This document shows positions 1-10,212 of a stretch of 64,000 bases of DNA, piece after piece. Positions within the stretch are counted from its first letter, which is position 1; each line of letters starts with the position of its first letter. Position numbers and translations under genes: made by a program. The notes below the pieces were generated by a model. The model ran no database searches and was not told where the DNA came from. It saw only the letters and a list, made by a program, of their open reading frames with translations. This DNA is from Gammaproteobacteria bacterium (GTDB lineage Bacteria; Pseudomonadota; Gammaproteobacteria; Eutrophobiales; Eutrophobiaceae): positions 79,086 to 143,085 of the forward strand of contig JAURNW010000011.1 in NCBI GenBank assembly GCA_030829985.1. Direction: 5' to 3'.

Positions 1-2
1 TA

Positions 3-440
3 ATCAGGCAGGCAGAAGTTAAAGATGATCACAAATTACGCTTTGCTACAAAAGGTTACCTGGAATTTTTGAAACTGGGTGGAAAGCTACGTTATGTTGA
101 TCTCACCACGGGATTACTGCGTAATATTATTCGTCGTCGATTACCTATACTGACCGGGCTTAGTTCAACCTATCTATATAAGGCGAAAAGAGATATTGAT
201 GATGAACCTCTAGGTGATGATATCCGTGGCTACCCGGATGGGCATTTCGTCATTCTGGGCGGTTATCATCGACATGATCGAACCGTGATGATTAGCGATC
301 CTTATGAACCAAATCCAGTATCCGGTTCTTTAACTTATTCTATTAATATAGACCGGGTAATCTGTTCCATCTTATTAGGCGTATTAACTTACGATGCTAA
401 TCTACTGGTCATTCAACCGGCCAATTCCAGGAAAAAATAA
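3..440 (+). CDS. C-terminal fragment of a putative papain/C39-like cysteine-peptidase-domain protein (5' end lies outside the window)
   Basis: The reading frame is open from the window edge. The motif GHFVILGGYHRHDRTVMISDPY resembles the His-containing HF/YVV(L/I) motif of C39-type peptidases. The stop overlaps the start of the next gene (440), suggesting translational coupling. Confidence 0.3.
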   Translation: MRQAEVKDDHKLRFATKGYLEFLKLGGKLRYVDLTTGLLRNIIRRRLPILTGLSSTYLYKAKRDIDDEPLGDDIRGYPDGHFVILGGYHRHDRTVMISDPYEPNPVSGSLTYSINIDRVICSILLGVLTYDANLLVIQPANSRKK

Positions 441-1912
441 TGAATATACTGCTGGTCGTTAACAATCCTAACAACTGGCCGCTGCAGATTCCAGGTGTCA
501 AAGTCGTTGCAGCACGCACCTACCTGACCGATCCTGCTTTTTCGGAAGGTAAAAAAACGAGGGTCTTCAACCTGTGTCGATCCTATAGTTATCAGCGCAC
601 GGGTTATTACGTATCGCTTCTGGCTGCCGCACGCGGACATAAACCCATGCCTGATATCAACACTATCCAGGATCTAAAGTCGCCACATGTCATACAGGCT
701 ATATCAGAAGATATGGAAGAGTTGATAGAGAAAAAACTCGGCCACTTACAATCCAAACGTTTCACCTTGAGTATTTATTTTGGCAGGAATATCGCAAAAC
801 ATTATGACAGTCTTAGTTTGAGGTTGTTTAACTTGTTTCAGGCACCTCTATTACAGGCTAAATTTATAAAAAGGAAAACGTGGCGACTGGAATCAATACG
901 TACTATGACAGTAAACGATATTCCTGAAAATCATCAGGCTATTGTCATCGAAGCCGCATCAAATTATTTTTCAGGACGCAAACGTCGTATTAAAAAAGAT
1001 GCTGCAACGAGATTTGACCTTGCAATTTTGTATGACCCAAATGAGAAAGAACCGCCTTCTGATGAAAAGGCATTAAAAAAATTCCAGAAAGCAGCAGAAT
1101 CTGTCGGTCTTGAGTGCGAATTTATTACCAAAAATGATGTGAATCGTCTGGCTGAATTCGATGGATTATTTATACGCGAAACTACTCTGGTAGATCATCA
1201 CACTTTCCGCTTTGCACAACGTGCTGTAAATGAAGGTCTGATCGTAATGGATGATCCTAATTCAATACTAAAATGTACAAACAAGGTCTATCTGGCTGAG
1301 TTGATGACGAGACATAATATTCCCATACCCAAAACCATGATCGTACATCGCTACAATATTGACCAGATTGAAAAGACATTGGGCTTGCCCTGTATTTTAA
1401 AAAAACCAGACAGTGCATTTTCTATGGGTGTATCTAAAGCGGAGAATCGTGAAGATTTAATCGCAACCGTAAAATCACTACTTGAAGACTCGGATCTGAT
1501 CATAGCACAACAATTCCTGCCGACTAATTTTGACTGGCGTATTGGTATTTGTGATCGTAGACCACTATATGCGTGTCGTTATCACATGGCCGATAAACAC
1601 TGGCAGATTATCAAGCGTGATGCGTCCGGAAATTCCACTAGTGAAGGAAACGCCGATACGATGGCTATCGGTGAAGCACCTGATGAAGTTGTGAGTATCG
1701 CACTAAAAGCGGCAAACCTGATAGGTGATAGCCTTTATGGTGTCGATCTAAAACAGGTGGGACAGAAATTTTATTTAATTGAGATTAATGACAACCCAAG
1801 CATAGACTCCGGTTGCGAGGATCTAGTTCTGAAGGATGCACTCTACCGGGAAATCATGGGTGTGTTTATCAAACGCATCGAGGCTCGAAAACTCGGTTTA
1901 TACGGACGTTAG
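440..1912 (+). CDS. RimK-like ATP-grasp amide ligase with an N-terminal extension of about 200 aa (RLAN-like)
   Basis: The C-terminal half carries ATP-grasp signatures (LPCILKKPDSAFSMGVSK, QQFLPTNFDWRIGICDRRPLYACRYHMADKHWQI) typical of RimK/glutathione-synthetase-fold ligases. The N-terminal domain precedes the grasp fold. Confidence 0.75.
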   Translation: MNILLVVNNPNNWPLQIPGVKVVAARTYLTDPAFSEGKKTRVFNLCRSYSYQRTGYYVSLLAAARGHKPMPDINTIQDLKSPHVIQAISEDMEELIEKKLGHLQSKRFTLSIYFGRNIAKHYDSLSLRLFNLFQAPLLQAKFIKRKTWRLESIRTMTVNDIPENHQAIVIEAASNYFSGRKRRIKKDAATRFDLAILYDPNEKEPPSDEKALKKFQKAAESVGLECEFITKNDVNRLAEFDGLFIRETTLVDHHTFRFAQRAVNEGLIVMDDPNSILKCTNKVYLAELMTRHNIPIPKTMIVHRYNIDQIEKTLGLPCILKKPDSAFSMGVSKAENREDLIATVKSLLEDSDLIIAQQFLPTNFDWRIGICDRRPLYACRYHMADKHWQIIKRDASGNSTSEGNADTMAIGEAPDEVVSIALKAANLIGDSLYGVDLKQVGQKFYLIEINDNPSIDSGCEDLVLKDALYREIMGVFIKRIEARKLGLYGR

Positions 1913-1913
1913 T

Positions 1914-3158
1914 ATGCCAAAGCCACTATCAATCTTTGCCGCCTATGGCATAGAACTCGAATACATGATTGTTGATCGCAAACATATGAATGTGATGCCG
2001 ATCACCGATAAGGTCCTACATCATGTCGCTGGTGAATATCGTAACGAAATAGAACAGGGTGAAATTGCCTGGTCGAATGAACTTGTATTACACGTTATTG
2101 AAACTAAAACCAATGGCCCGGCACAGTCCTTACTAGAAACTCCCGATCATTTTTTAAAAAATATAAGGCATATTCAATCTATTCTTGATGAGATGGGCGC
2201 GCGCCTGATGCCGACTGCCATGCACCCGTGGATGAACCCCTTTAAAGAAACGCAATTATGGCCACATGATTCTAAAGAAATATATGATACCTACAACGGC
2301 ATCTTTAATTGTCAGGGACATGGTTGGTCAAACCTGCAAAGCATGCACATCAACTTGCCATTTGCGAACGATAAGGAGTTTGCTCTATTACATAGTGCAA
2401 TACGAACCATACTTCCCATCTTGCCAGCAATGGCAGCAAGTTCCCCAATAGTTGAAGGCTCATCTACAGGGATCATGGATACACGTCTCGAAGCCTATCG
2501 TCAAAATTCAAAGATTATTCCATCCATTACCGGACTGGTAGTTCCTGAAGCAGTTACGAGCAAAAAAGACTATCAACGCTTGATCCTGAAGCCCATGTAT
2601 AAAGCTATTGCACCGTTTGATAAAGAGAAGATCTTGCAGGATGAATGGTTAAATTCACGTGGGGCCATAGCGCGGTTTGATAGAAATGCGATTGAGATAC
2701 GAGTATTAGACACGCAAGAAACGCCTGCCGTCGATCTGGCCATTGCCAGTTTTATCATCCAGATATTAAAGAAGCTGACTGAAAAAAGCTGGTCTGATGT
2801 CGTCGAACAAAACAATCTGGAGACAACCGCATTATCTCAAATACTGAATAAGGTAATTATCGATGCTGATCAAGCTGTTATAGATGATCGAGACTATCTG
2901 CAATTGTTCTCGTTTCCAGACAAAAAATGCAGTGCACAGGAATTATGGCAACACTGCCGAGAGTCAGTTAATCTGAATACGGGCGAATACGCTGCAGCAA
3001 CTACACCGATTATTGAATTCATTTTAAAAGAAGGCCCGTTAGCCAGACGGATACTCAACGCAACAGGCAAAAGTGTTAAAAAGTCACGACTACATGAAAC
3101 TTATCGTGTGCTCTGTGACGCACTGGTTGATAGAGAATATTTTGTTGGTATCGACTGA
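1914..3158 (+). CDS. GCS2-family (YbdK-like glutamate-cysteine-ligase family 2) carboxylate-amine ligase
   Basis: An ATG at 1914 (MPKPLSIFAAYGIELEYMIVD) lies 1 nt after the upstream stop. The GIELEYMIV motif and overall length match COG2170/GCS2 enzymes. Confidence 0.8.
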   Translation: MPKPLSIFAAYGIELEYMIVDRKHMNVMPITDKVLHHVAGEYRNEIEQGEIAWSNELVLHVIETKTNGPAQSLLETPDHFLKNIRHIQSILDEMGARLMPTAMHPWMNPFKETQLWPHDSKEIYDTYNGIFNCQGHGWSNLQSMHINLPFANDKEFALLHSAIRTILPILPAMAASSPIVEGSSTGIMDTRLEAYRQNSKIIPSITGLVVPEAVTSKKDYQRLILKPMYKAIAPFDKEKILQDEWLNSRGAIARFDRNAIEIRVLDTQETPAVDLAIASFIIQILKKLTEKSWSDVVEQNNLETTALSQILNKVIIDADQAVIDDRDYLQLFSFPDKKCSAQELWQHCRESVNLNTGEYAAATTPIIEFILKEGPLARRILNATGKSVKKSRLHETYRVLCDALVDREYFVGID

Positions 3159-3850
3159 TGAATATCATTATTAGCTGTGAACATGGCGGTAACAAGATTC
3201 CAAAATGCTATCTGCCACTTTTTAAAAATAAAAAAATCCTTTTAAACAGCCATCGTGGATGGGATCCCGGAGCATTGGCCCTTGCTAATAAAATAACTCA
3301 AGATTTATCAGCGCCCTTATATTATTCAACCACCTCTCGTTTATTAATTGATCTCAATCGTTCATTACACCACCCCAAACTATTTTCGGAGTTTAGCAAA
3401 ACTGTAGATGATACTACCCGACAGAAAATAATTGATACTATTTATATACCCTATCGAACCAGAATAACGGAACATATAAAAAAGTTTAAATCAGCAACGA
3501 CACCAACAATGCACCTATCCATCCACTCGTTTACAAGCTCACTGGGTGGTATCGAGCGTTCAGCTGATATTGGCTTACTTTATGATCCGACAAGACAATC
3601 TGAAAAAAACTTTTGTAAAAAATTACAAAAGTCTCTCAAACAGGCTTTTCCTCATCTCATTGTCAGATGTAATTATCCCTACCGAGGCAACGCAAATGGA
3701 TTGACAACATCGCTGCGTCGCCAATTTAATGGAAGAGACTATTCAGGGATTGAAATTGAGATTAATCAAAAACATATTATTGCTAATAATAAAGCATGGT
3801 TGATGATAAAAAAGAAGCTTGGTAATTTAATATTAGATAATGTCAAATAA
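3158..3850 (+). CDS. N-formylglutamate amidohydrolase (FGase) family hydrolase
   Basis: The SCEHGGN motif near the N-terminus is characteristic of the FGase/HutG-like family. The start overlaps the upstream stop (TGATG). Confidence 0.75.
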   Translation: MNIIISCEHGGNKIPKCYLPLFKNKKILLNSHRGWDPGALALANKITQDLSAPLYYSTTSRLLIDLNRSLHHPKLFSEFSKTVDDTTRQKIIDTIYIPYRTRITEHIKKFKSATTPTMHLSIHSFTSSLGGIERSADIGLLYDPTRQSEKNFCKKLQKSLKQAFPHLIVRCNYPYRGNANGLTTSLRRQFNGRDYSGIEIEINQKHIIANNKAWLMIKKKLGNLILDNVK

Positions 3851-3884
3851 GTATTTACTCAATTAAAAGGATAACAATGCTTTA

Positions 3885-4940
3885 ATGTTAGATAATGAAT
3901 TCATAGATTTACTTAAAGCTATCATCCGCCAACCGAGTGTTGTAGGTGCTGAACATTCATTCTTTAGAGTCTTACAGCGTGAGCTTGAAGAAAGAGGTGC
4001 GAAAGTAACCTGGTATGAGGGTTTGTTAGTCGCACAGGGCGATAATCCGTTTAGCACTATGTTTTCGGCACATATCGATCGTCACGGTCTTGTCTGTACT
4101 GGTCCAAATGAATTTCAATTTGCTGCTTTCATTGCAGGCAACAGGACTGATCTGCTAAACAATTCTGTTTCCGAAGAATTGATGTCCAAGGTTACTGAAC
4201 GCTTCCAGTCTGAACCTGTGTTTGCCTACGAACCCTGGTCTGGTGCCTATCGTGGCAATGGCATAATTAAAAATTCTTATGTCTGTGAGAACAGGAACAA
4301 CCTTATATTCGAACTTGAGGGCCTGGATGATGTTGTAGCAGGAACGCCTATCGCCTTTAAAGACAAACTCAAGTTCAACAATGGCCGTCTTGAAGGGCAA
4401 TTAGATAATGTCTTAAGTGCTGCGGCACTGGTTCATTTATTCAGTCTTGGTTTTAAAGGCACTGCGTTTTTCACTGCCCAGGAAGAAGCGGGTAAAAGTT
4501 GGCGTTATTTACTGGAATGGTTTCGCCGCTTTGGTGGCTCAACCAACCGTTTGTTCGTTGTTGATACCAGTCCATTTCCAGACATTAATTCTGCCAATGA
4601 ACAACTCCTGGTATTAAGACAAAAAGATGCCAATGCGCCTTTTAATAAAGAGGCGACTACTCATATTGAAAACTTATGCAGAGAAAATAATTTAAGCTAT
4701 TTATATAAAGACCATTACGTAGAGGCTGATAACGCTCGCCTGCAAAGTCTGGGACAGAAACCACATTCATTAGGCAGTACAGAAATGGGCAGAATAATTG
4801 CGGCATCAAATGGCTTGGTCGACGGCACAACCATTCAAATACCAACTACCGGCTATCACACCATGGAAGAATCTGCCGCGATCGAATCAGTTGAAGCATA
4901 TATAAAACTACTATCTCTTTTAGCGAATAATGTTTCCTAA
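3885..4940 (+). CDS. M42/M20-clan metallopeptidase-like protein
   Basis: The SAHIDRHGLVCTG motif resembles the metal-binding AHxDxxG region of M42 (FrvX-like) aminopeptidases. It is the last gene of the co-directional cluster. Confidence 0.55.
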   Translation: MLDNEFIDLLKAIIRQPSVVGAEHSFFRVLQRELEERGAKVTWYEGLLVAQGDNPFSTMFSAHIDRHGLVCTGPNEFQFAAFIAGNRTDLLNNSVSEELMSKVTERFQSEPVFAYEPWSGAYRGNGIIKNSYVCENRNNLIFELEGLDDVVAGTPIAFKDKLKFNNGRLEGQLDNVLSAAALVHLFSLGFKGTAFFTAQEEAGKSWRYLLEWFRRFGGSTNRLFVVDTSPFPDINSANEQLLVLRQKDANAPFNKEATTHIENLCRENNLSYLYKDHYVEADNARLQSLGQKPHSLGSTEMGRIIAASNGLVDGTTIQIPTTGYHTMEESAAIESVEAYIKLLSLLANNVS

Positions 4941-5283
4941 TCGAGGTAAAACTATTCATACAGCTCATAAATTTTATATTTCTACTTGTTAGTTGCTCAT
5001 TATTTAGCAAATCAGTTTATTAATATTTACGGAGCGTAATTTTTAATAGACCAAGCTTATAAAATGGTCAAGGTTTGTCTGAAGTGGGTGCTTTAGTATA
5101 ACCCGGTTTTTGCGCAGACTTATTTATTAGCTGTTTCGTTCCAACGCTGCAATGCACGTTCATAATAATCATAAACACAATTCTCACAATTACGATTGCA
5201 ACACTCTTCAGTGTCTGGCTTAACGGGTTTTGTAGGGTATTTTTTGTCTTCCGTTCCTTATTCATTCTGGTAGCTAATATTCA

Positions 5284-5715
5284 CTAAATTGTTGCGAATA
5301 AATGCTCACTATTCTTAAATGATTTGAATTCAAGTGCGTTGCCACTCGGGTCCGTGATAAACAAGGTTGCCTGTTCACCGACTTCGCCTTTAAACCTGAT
5401 AGTTGGTTTGATGAGATAATTAATCCCATGCTTATCCAGACGTTCAGCAAATTGATGCCATGCTGCCCACTCCAGTACCAGTCCAAAATGTCTAACGGGG
5501 ACAGACTCACCATCCACCGGATTGGTTTTAACCACGTTCAGTGCTTCCGGTTTAACATGGGCAGAGACTTGATGACCAAAAAAATTAAAATCAATCCAAT
5601 GTGCTGCTTCCCGACCTACAGAACATCCCAACACTTCGGTATAAAAATGCCGTGTAGTTTCAATGTCGCTAACCGGGATTGCAAGGTGAAACACTACAGA
5701 CATATCACCGAACAC
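5284..5715 (-). CDS. VOC/glyoxalase-family protein
   Basis: Small protein of 143 aa. The [21 protein letters not shown] region is typical of the glyoxalase/bleomycin-resistance/dioxygenase fold. Confidence 0.55.
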   Translation of the reverse strand: MFGDMSVVFHLAIPVSDIETTRHFYTEVLGCSVGREAAHWIDFNFFGHQVSAHVKPEALNVVKTNPVDGESVPVRHFGLVLEWAAWHQFAERLDKHGINYLIKPTIRFKGEVGEQATLFITDPSGNALEFKSFKNSEHLFATI

Positions 5716-5721
5716 GAGTTG

Positions 5722-6813
5722 TTAGACATTAAATCTGAATAAAATGACATCACCATCCTTAACAATGTACTCCTTACCTTCGGAACGCCACTTGCCGGCA
5801 TCCTTCGCTCCTTGTTCACCTTTATAAGCAATGTAATCATCAAAGGCTGTTACTTCTGCCCGAATAAAACCACGTTCAAAATCAGTATGGATAACGCCCG
5901 CCGATTTTGGAGCAGTAGCACCCACCGGAATTGTCCAGGCACGCACTTCTTTCACACCCGCAGTAAAATAAGTTTGTAGTCCCAGTAACTCATAGCCCGC
6001 TCGAATAATACGATTTAATCCGGGTTCTGCCATGTCCAGGGCATCAAGAAATTCCTGTTTTTCATCTTCTTCCAATTGAGACACTTCTGCCTCAATCGAA
6101 GCACATACAGAAATTAATTGAGCATTTTCGTTCTCAATAAGCGCTTGTATTTTTTCCAGCCATGGATTGGATTCAAGCCCATCTTCTTCAACATTGGCTA
6201 TATAGAGTGTTGGTTTCTGTGTAAGTAAATGCAGATTTTTTATGCTTTCAATATCGTCTTCAGATAAAGCCATTGAACGCACCGGTAAACCCTGATCCAG
6301 ATGGGCCATTATGGTTTCTAATAGTTCTTGTTCCAGTTTAGCGGCCTTGTCACCACTACGAGTCAACTTGGCGGCTTTTTGTAAGGCTTTGGTGATAGTC
6401 TCCTGATCAGCGAGACAGAGTTCAGTATTAATAACCTCTATGTCCGAAAGCGGGTCGACCTTACCTGCAACATGCACAATATTATCATCATCAAAACAAC
6501 GCACCACCTGTGCAATAGCATGTGTCTCACGAATATTGGCAAGAAATTTATTGCCCAAACCTTCACCTTTTGATGCACCTTCAACCAAGCCAGCAATATC
6601 AACAAACTCCATCGTCGTTGGCACAATTTTTTGAGGCTTAACAATACCTGCTAATTGATCTAGTCGAGGATCAGGCATAGCGACTACGCCAACGTGAGGA
6701 TCGATAGTACAGAAAGGATAATTTTCTGCATCTATCGCTGAATTCGTCAACGCATTAAAGAGTGTCGATTTACCCACATTCGGCAAACCAACAATGCCAC
6801 ATTTAAATCCCAT
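5722..6813 (-). CDS. ychF: ribosome-binding ATPase YchF
   Basis: The [24 protein letters not shown]-loop and 363-aa length match Obg-like ATPase YchF. Synteny with pth is conserved. Confidence 0.95.
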   Translation of the reverse strand: MGFKCGIVGLPNVGKSTLFNALTNSAIDAENYPFCTIDPHVGVVAMPDPRLDQLAGIVKPQKIVPTTMEFVDIAGLVEGASKGEGLGNKFLANIRETHAIAQVVRCFDDDNIVHVAGKVDPLSDIEVINTELCLADQETITKALQKAAKLTRSGDKAAKLEQELLETIMAHLDQGLPVRSMALSEDDIESIKNLHLLTQKPTLYIANVEEDGLESNPWLEKIQALIENENAQLISVCASIEAEVSQLEEDEKQEFLDALDMAEPGLNRIIRAGYELLGLQTYFTAGVKEVRAWTIPVGATAPKSAGVIHTDFERGFIRAEVTAFDDYIAYKGEQGAKDAGKWRSEGKEYIVKDGDVILFRFNV

Positions 6814-6828
6814 ACAATGTATTCCGTG

Positions 6829-7437
6829 TTATTGAGCAGACGAATCCGCTTCAGGTTTATTTTTCTTATTCAATTCCGTCATCATTTTATTGAGATTGTC
6901 TTGAAAAAACTGATCGCTCTTTTCAAGAACCGGAACAAAAGATTCAATTATTTTATGTTCTTCATCAGCACTAGCGCGACCAAGCACAAAAGTCACAACT
7001 TTATCCTTACTACCTGGATGACCTACACCAACTCTCAAGCGTAAAAAATCACTGCTGCCGGTGCGTTGAATAATATCGCGCAGGCCATTATGACCACCAT
7101 GACCACCACCTTGTTTGAGTCGAGTTGTACCTGGTTGTAAATCGATTTCATCATGCACAACCAAAACCTGATCCATGGATATTTTGTAATAACTTGCCAA
7201 CGCTTGCACGGCACTGCCACTGTCATTCATATAGGTCTGTGGCTTACACAACCAACAATCTATCGAACCCTTCTGGTATCGACAAATTTCTGACTGGAAT
7301 TTTTTATCGGGAGAAAAACTGAGAGAGAGTTTGTTTGCTAGTGCATCGACAAACCAAAAACCGGCATTGTGTCGGGTCAATAAATATTCGGGGCCTGGAT
7401 TACCCAGGCCCACAATGAGTTTTATAGGTGTAGACAC
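6829..7437 (-). CDS. pth: peptidyl-tRNA hydrolase
   Basis: The KLIVGLGNPGPEYLLTRHNAGF motif is the Pth signature. Confidence 0.9.
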   Translation of the reverse strand: MSTPIKLIVGLGNPGPEYLLTRHNAGFWFVDALANKLSLSFSPDKKFQSEICRYQKGSIDCWLCKPQTYMNDSGSAVQALASYYKISMDQVLVVHDEIDLQPGTTRLKQGGGHGGHNGLRDIIQRTGSSDFLRLRVGVGHPGSKDKVVTFVLGRASADEEHKIIESFVPVLEKSDQFFQDNLNKMMTELNKKNKPEADSSAQ

Positions 7438-7443
7438 ACCGGC

Positions 7444-8121
7444 TTATTCGCTGTCGCTGTCCTTATCTTCCTGCTTGGCAGCGGGCACATCTGCAGCAGC
7501 AATTTCTTCAGCTGCAGCATCTTCCTCTTCGTCAGCTGCGATGACCTTAGGCATATGTACTGCGGCCACCGGTAGTGAATCATCACCACCATGCAAGACA
7601 CTGTATAACTGAACACCTTCAGGCAATTTCAGATCAGACAAATGCACCGTTTCATCAAGCGCAACCTCAAGCATATCGACTTCAATGAATTCTGGAAGGT
7701 CTTTTGGCAAACAAACAATTTCCAGATCAGTCATCATATGACTGATCACGCCGCCATCTTTTTTGACACCAAGACACTTCTCTTCATTGATAAAGTGAAA
7801 TGGGATACGCATGGTGAGTTCTTCTTTTTCGCTGACACGCTGCAAATCGATATGCAATAACGTAGTTTTGTACGGATGACGTTGCAGGTCTTTTAAAACC
7901 ACTTTTTCAGTTGCACTACCAATCTTGAGTGTCAGGATATGTGAATAGAACGCTTCATGCTCCAGGTTATGCATCACTGAGTTATGTTGCAACGTAATCA
8001 TGCTTGCTTCTTTACCAGTACCATAAACGATACCCGGTAATTTGCCGGCACGGCGTAGGCGGCGGCTCGCACCTTTCCCTACATCTGTCCGCGCTTCGGC
8101 GACGAGTTCAAATTCATTCAT
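7444..8121 (-). CDS. rplY: 50S ribosomal protein L25 / general stress protein Ctc
   Basis: The N-terminal L25 domain (VAEARTDVGKGASRRLRRAGKLPGIVYG) is followed by an acidic Ala/Glu-rich tail as in Ctc-type L25. Confidence 0.9.
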   Translation of the reverse strand: MNEFELVAEARTDVGKGASRRLRRAGKLPGIVYGTGKEASMITLQHNSVMHNLEHEAFYSHILTLKIGSATEKVVLKDLQRHPYKTTLLHIDLQRVSEKEELTMRIPFHFINEEKCLGVKKDGGVISHMMTDLEIVCLPKDLPEFIEVDMLEVALDETVHLSDLKLPEGVQLYSVLHGGDDSLPVAAVHMPKVIAADEEEDAAAEEIAAADVPAAKQEDKDSDSE

Positions 8122-8200
8122 TTTATTACTACTCCTTAATATTTTAAGGGTTATTGTTTACCTCCTGAACGCGACCAATCAGGAGAATTTGTGCTAAAAA

Positions 8201-9154
8201 CTAATCCAGAAACATAGAGCTTAGGGATTCGCCTTCTGCAATTCGGCGCATACTCTCAGCTAGCATCGCTGCAACACTAAGTTGACGTATGCGATCACAG
8301 GTTGCTGCATCTGAGCGAAGCGGGATTGTATCTGTTACTACCAATTCATCAAGTCTTGAATTCTCAATATTTTTCACGGCATTGCCGGAAAGCACTGGAT
8401 GAGTACAGTAAGCGACCACTTTTACTGCCCCAAAATCTTTCAAAGCACCGGCGGCATTACATAATGTCCCGGCCGTATCGACCAAATCATCGATAATTAC
8501 ACAGGTTCGACCTTCTACATCACCGATGATATTCATAATCTCGGATTGATTCGGGTTTGGACGACGTTTATCAATAATCGCCAGTTCAGTATCATCAAGC
8601 CGTTTGGCCAGCGCCCGGGCACGTACCACACCGCCAACATCAGGCGAAACTACCATTAAATCGGGGTATTTATGTTTCCATAAATCGCCCAATAGCACTG
8701 GAGATCCATAGACATTGTCTAGCGGGATATCAAAAAAGCCCTGTATCTGATCGGCATGTAAATCAACCGTCAATACACGATCAATACCGGCAGCAGCAAT
8801 CATATTAGCGACCACTTTTGCGGTAATCGGGACACGCGCTGAACGTGAACGTCGATCCTGGCGTGCATAGCCTAAATAAGGGATAACCGCTGTAATTCGA
8901 GTAGCTGAAGCACGTTTCAGGGCATCAGCCATAACCAATAATTCCATCAAATTGTCATTGGTCGGCGCACACACCGGTTGCATGATATAAGCATCGCGGC
9001 CACGGACATTTTCATTTATTTCAACCATGACTTCGCCATCGCTGAAACGGCCCACGGATATCTTACCCAACGGGATATTCAGGTACTCTGCTGACTCAAG
9101 TGCTAATTTCGGGTTTGCGTTACCACTGAACAACATCATGTTGGAGATGGACAT
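8201..9154 (-). CDS. prs: ribose-phosphate pyrophosphokinase
   Basis: The [12 protein letters not shown]...FSDGEV start and the PRPP-binding loop DLVDTAGT identify Prs. Its position between pth/rplY and ispE is conserved. Confidence 0.95.
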   Translation of the reverse strand: MSISNMMLFSGNANPKLALESAEYLNIPLGKISVGRFSDGEVMVEINENVRGRDAYIMQPVCAPTNDNLMELLVMADALKRASATRITAVIPYLGYARQDRRSRSARVPITAKVVANMIAAAGIDRVLTVDLHADQIQGFFDIPLDNVYGSPVLLGDLWKHKYPDLMVVSPDVGGVVRARALAKRLDDTELAIIDKRRPNPNQSEIMNIIGDVEGRTCVIIDDLVDTAGTLCNAAGALKDFGAVKVVAYCTHPVLSGNAVKNIENSRLDELVVTDTIPLRSDAATCDRIRQLSVAAMLAESMRRIAEGESLSSMFLD

Positions 9155-9185
9155 GAACTTTCGTTCTCCAGACTAATTAAAAAAA

Positions 9186-9262
9186 TGGCTGGGGTACGAG
9201 GACTCGAACCTCGGAATGCATGGATCAAAACCATGTGCCTTAACCAGCTTGGCCATACCCCA
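9186..9262 (-). tRNA. tRNA-Gln (anticodon TTG)
   Basis: The reverse complement reads TGGGGTATGGCCAAGCTGGTTAAGGCACATGGTTTTGATCCATGCATTCCGAGGTTCGAGTCCTCGTACCCCAGCCA. It has a 7-bp acceptor stem, an anticodon stem CATGG/CCATG with loop TTTTGAT, a T-arm GGTTCGAGTCC and a 3' CCA. The same prs-tRNA-Gln-ispE synteny occurs in pseudomonads. Confidence 0.85.
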
Positions 9263-9301
9263 ATTAATCGTTTCTAATATCTTTTTACGAATGAACTGTA
9301 A

Positions 9302-10171
9302 TTATATTCGCTGTCGTTCAGTCGCCAATCGTTCCAATAAGGGTGATTTATTCATCCCTTTTACTACATAGCCTTGCCATGTTTCTGGCAATTGCTCTTT
9401 AACTTGTATTGCTGCATGACTATCTGAGAATGGAGCAAATAAACAGGCACCCGTACCGGTTAGCTTTGCTGGCGCAAATTGCCCCAACCATTCAAGGGCA
9501 TTTGCGACCTCTTTATAGTGTTTTTGCACTACAGATTCACAGTCATTTCTTCCTCCTCTATCGAGGAAGTCGCGTATTGTGATTGGAGGCGTATTCCGTG
9601 TCAAATCCTCTGCATTAAATACTGAGGCAGTCGCAACACTACAACCCGGATGTATAAGCAAATAAATGCATTCTTCCGGTTCAATTGCTGTTAACTCTTC
9701 ACCCACACCTTCAGCCCAGGCCGCATAACCATGCACAAATATCGGCACATCAGCGCCTAGCGACAGACCTATAGCTGCTAATTCGTTACTCGATAAGCCA
9801 CACTGCCATAATTCATTTAAGGCGACCAGGGTCGTTGCCGCATTTGAACTACCACCTCCCAAACCACCGCCAGTTGGAATTATCTTGTTTACGCTGATAT
9901 CAACACCAAGCTTACTACCGGTATGCTCCTTCAAGGATCGTGCAGCTCTGACAACCAGATCATCCTCGGCAGCAACATCGATCAGGGTTGAACTCCGTGT
10001 AACTTTATCTGAATCGAGAATCCTGAGATCAAGCTCATCAATCAGATCAATAAACTGGAAAACTGTTTGCAAGGAATGGTAGCCATCCGGTCGTCGACCC
10101 GTAATATGTAAAAATAAATTGAGTTTTGCCGGTGCCGGCCAGTTAGTACTTAGCAATGTCTCATCCTGCAA
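9302..10171 (-). CDS. ispE: 4-diphosphocytidyl-2-C-methyl-D-erythritol kinase
   Basis: PAPAKLNLFLHITGRRPDGYH and a GHMP-kinase glycine-rich loop (PTGGGLGGGSSNAA). Confidence 0.9.
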   Translation of the reverse strand: MQDETLLSTNWPAPAKLNLFLHITGRRPDGYHSLQTVFQFIDLIDELDLRILDSDKVTRSSTLIDVAAEDDLVVRAARSLKEHTGSKLGVDISVNKIIPTGGGLGGGSSNAATTLVALNELWQCGLSSNELAAIGLSLGADVPIFVHGYAAWAEGVGEELTAIEPEECIYLLIHPGCSVATASVFNAEDLTRNTPPITIRDFLDRGGRNDCESVVQKHYKEVANALEWLGQFAPAKLTGTGACLFAPFSDSHAAIQVKEQLPETWQGYVVKGMNKSPLLERLATERQRI

Positions 10172-10212
10172 ACTTAAATTAACTGATTCTAATTAAAAAA
10201 TATTTAAAAGAA

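Noticed and set aside
2266-2815. Small ORFs (61 and 80 aa) nested inside or antisense to the GCS2 gene, and similar nested ORFs elsewhere (for example 6438-6644, 11253-11486, 14402-14587, 20269-20709).
   Set aside because: All lie within, or antisense to, long well-supported genes. They have low-complexity or atypical composition and no independent support, so they were treated as frame-overlap noise.
3860-3890. A mini upstream ORF ATG-CTT-TAA whose stop overlaps the M42 peptidase start (ATGCTTTAATG).
   Set aside because: Two-codon ORFs like this arise by chance in AT-rich DNA. It is possibly a coupling device but is unsupported without expression data.
5068-5265. A 65-aa minus-strand ORF (MNKERKTK...) in the M42/VOC intergenic region. 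An overlapping alternative frame encodes a Cys-rich string ...EECCNRNCENCVYDYYERALQRWNETANK*.
   Set aside because: The Cys-rich frame has no in-frame ATG/GTG/TTG start after the preceding stop, so it cannot be a gene as sequenced. The 65-aa ORF has one hydrophobic stretch but no RBS or recognisable family. Neither could be supported.
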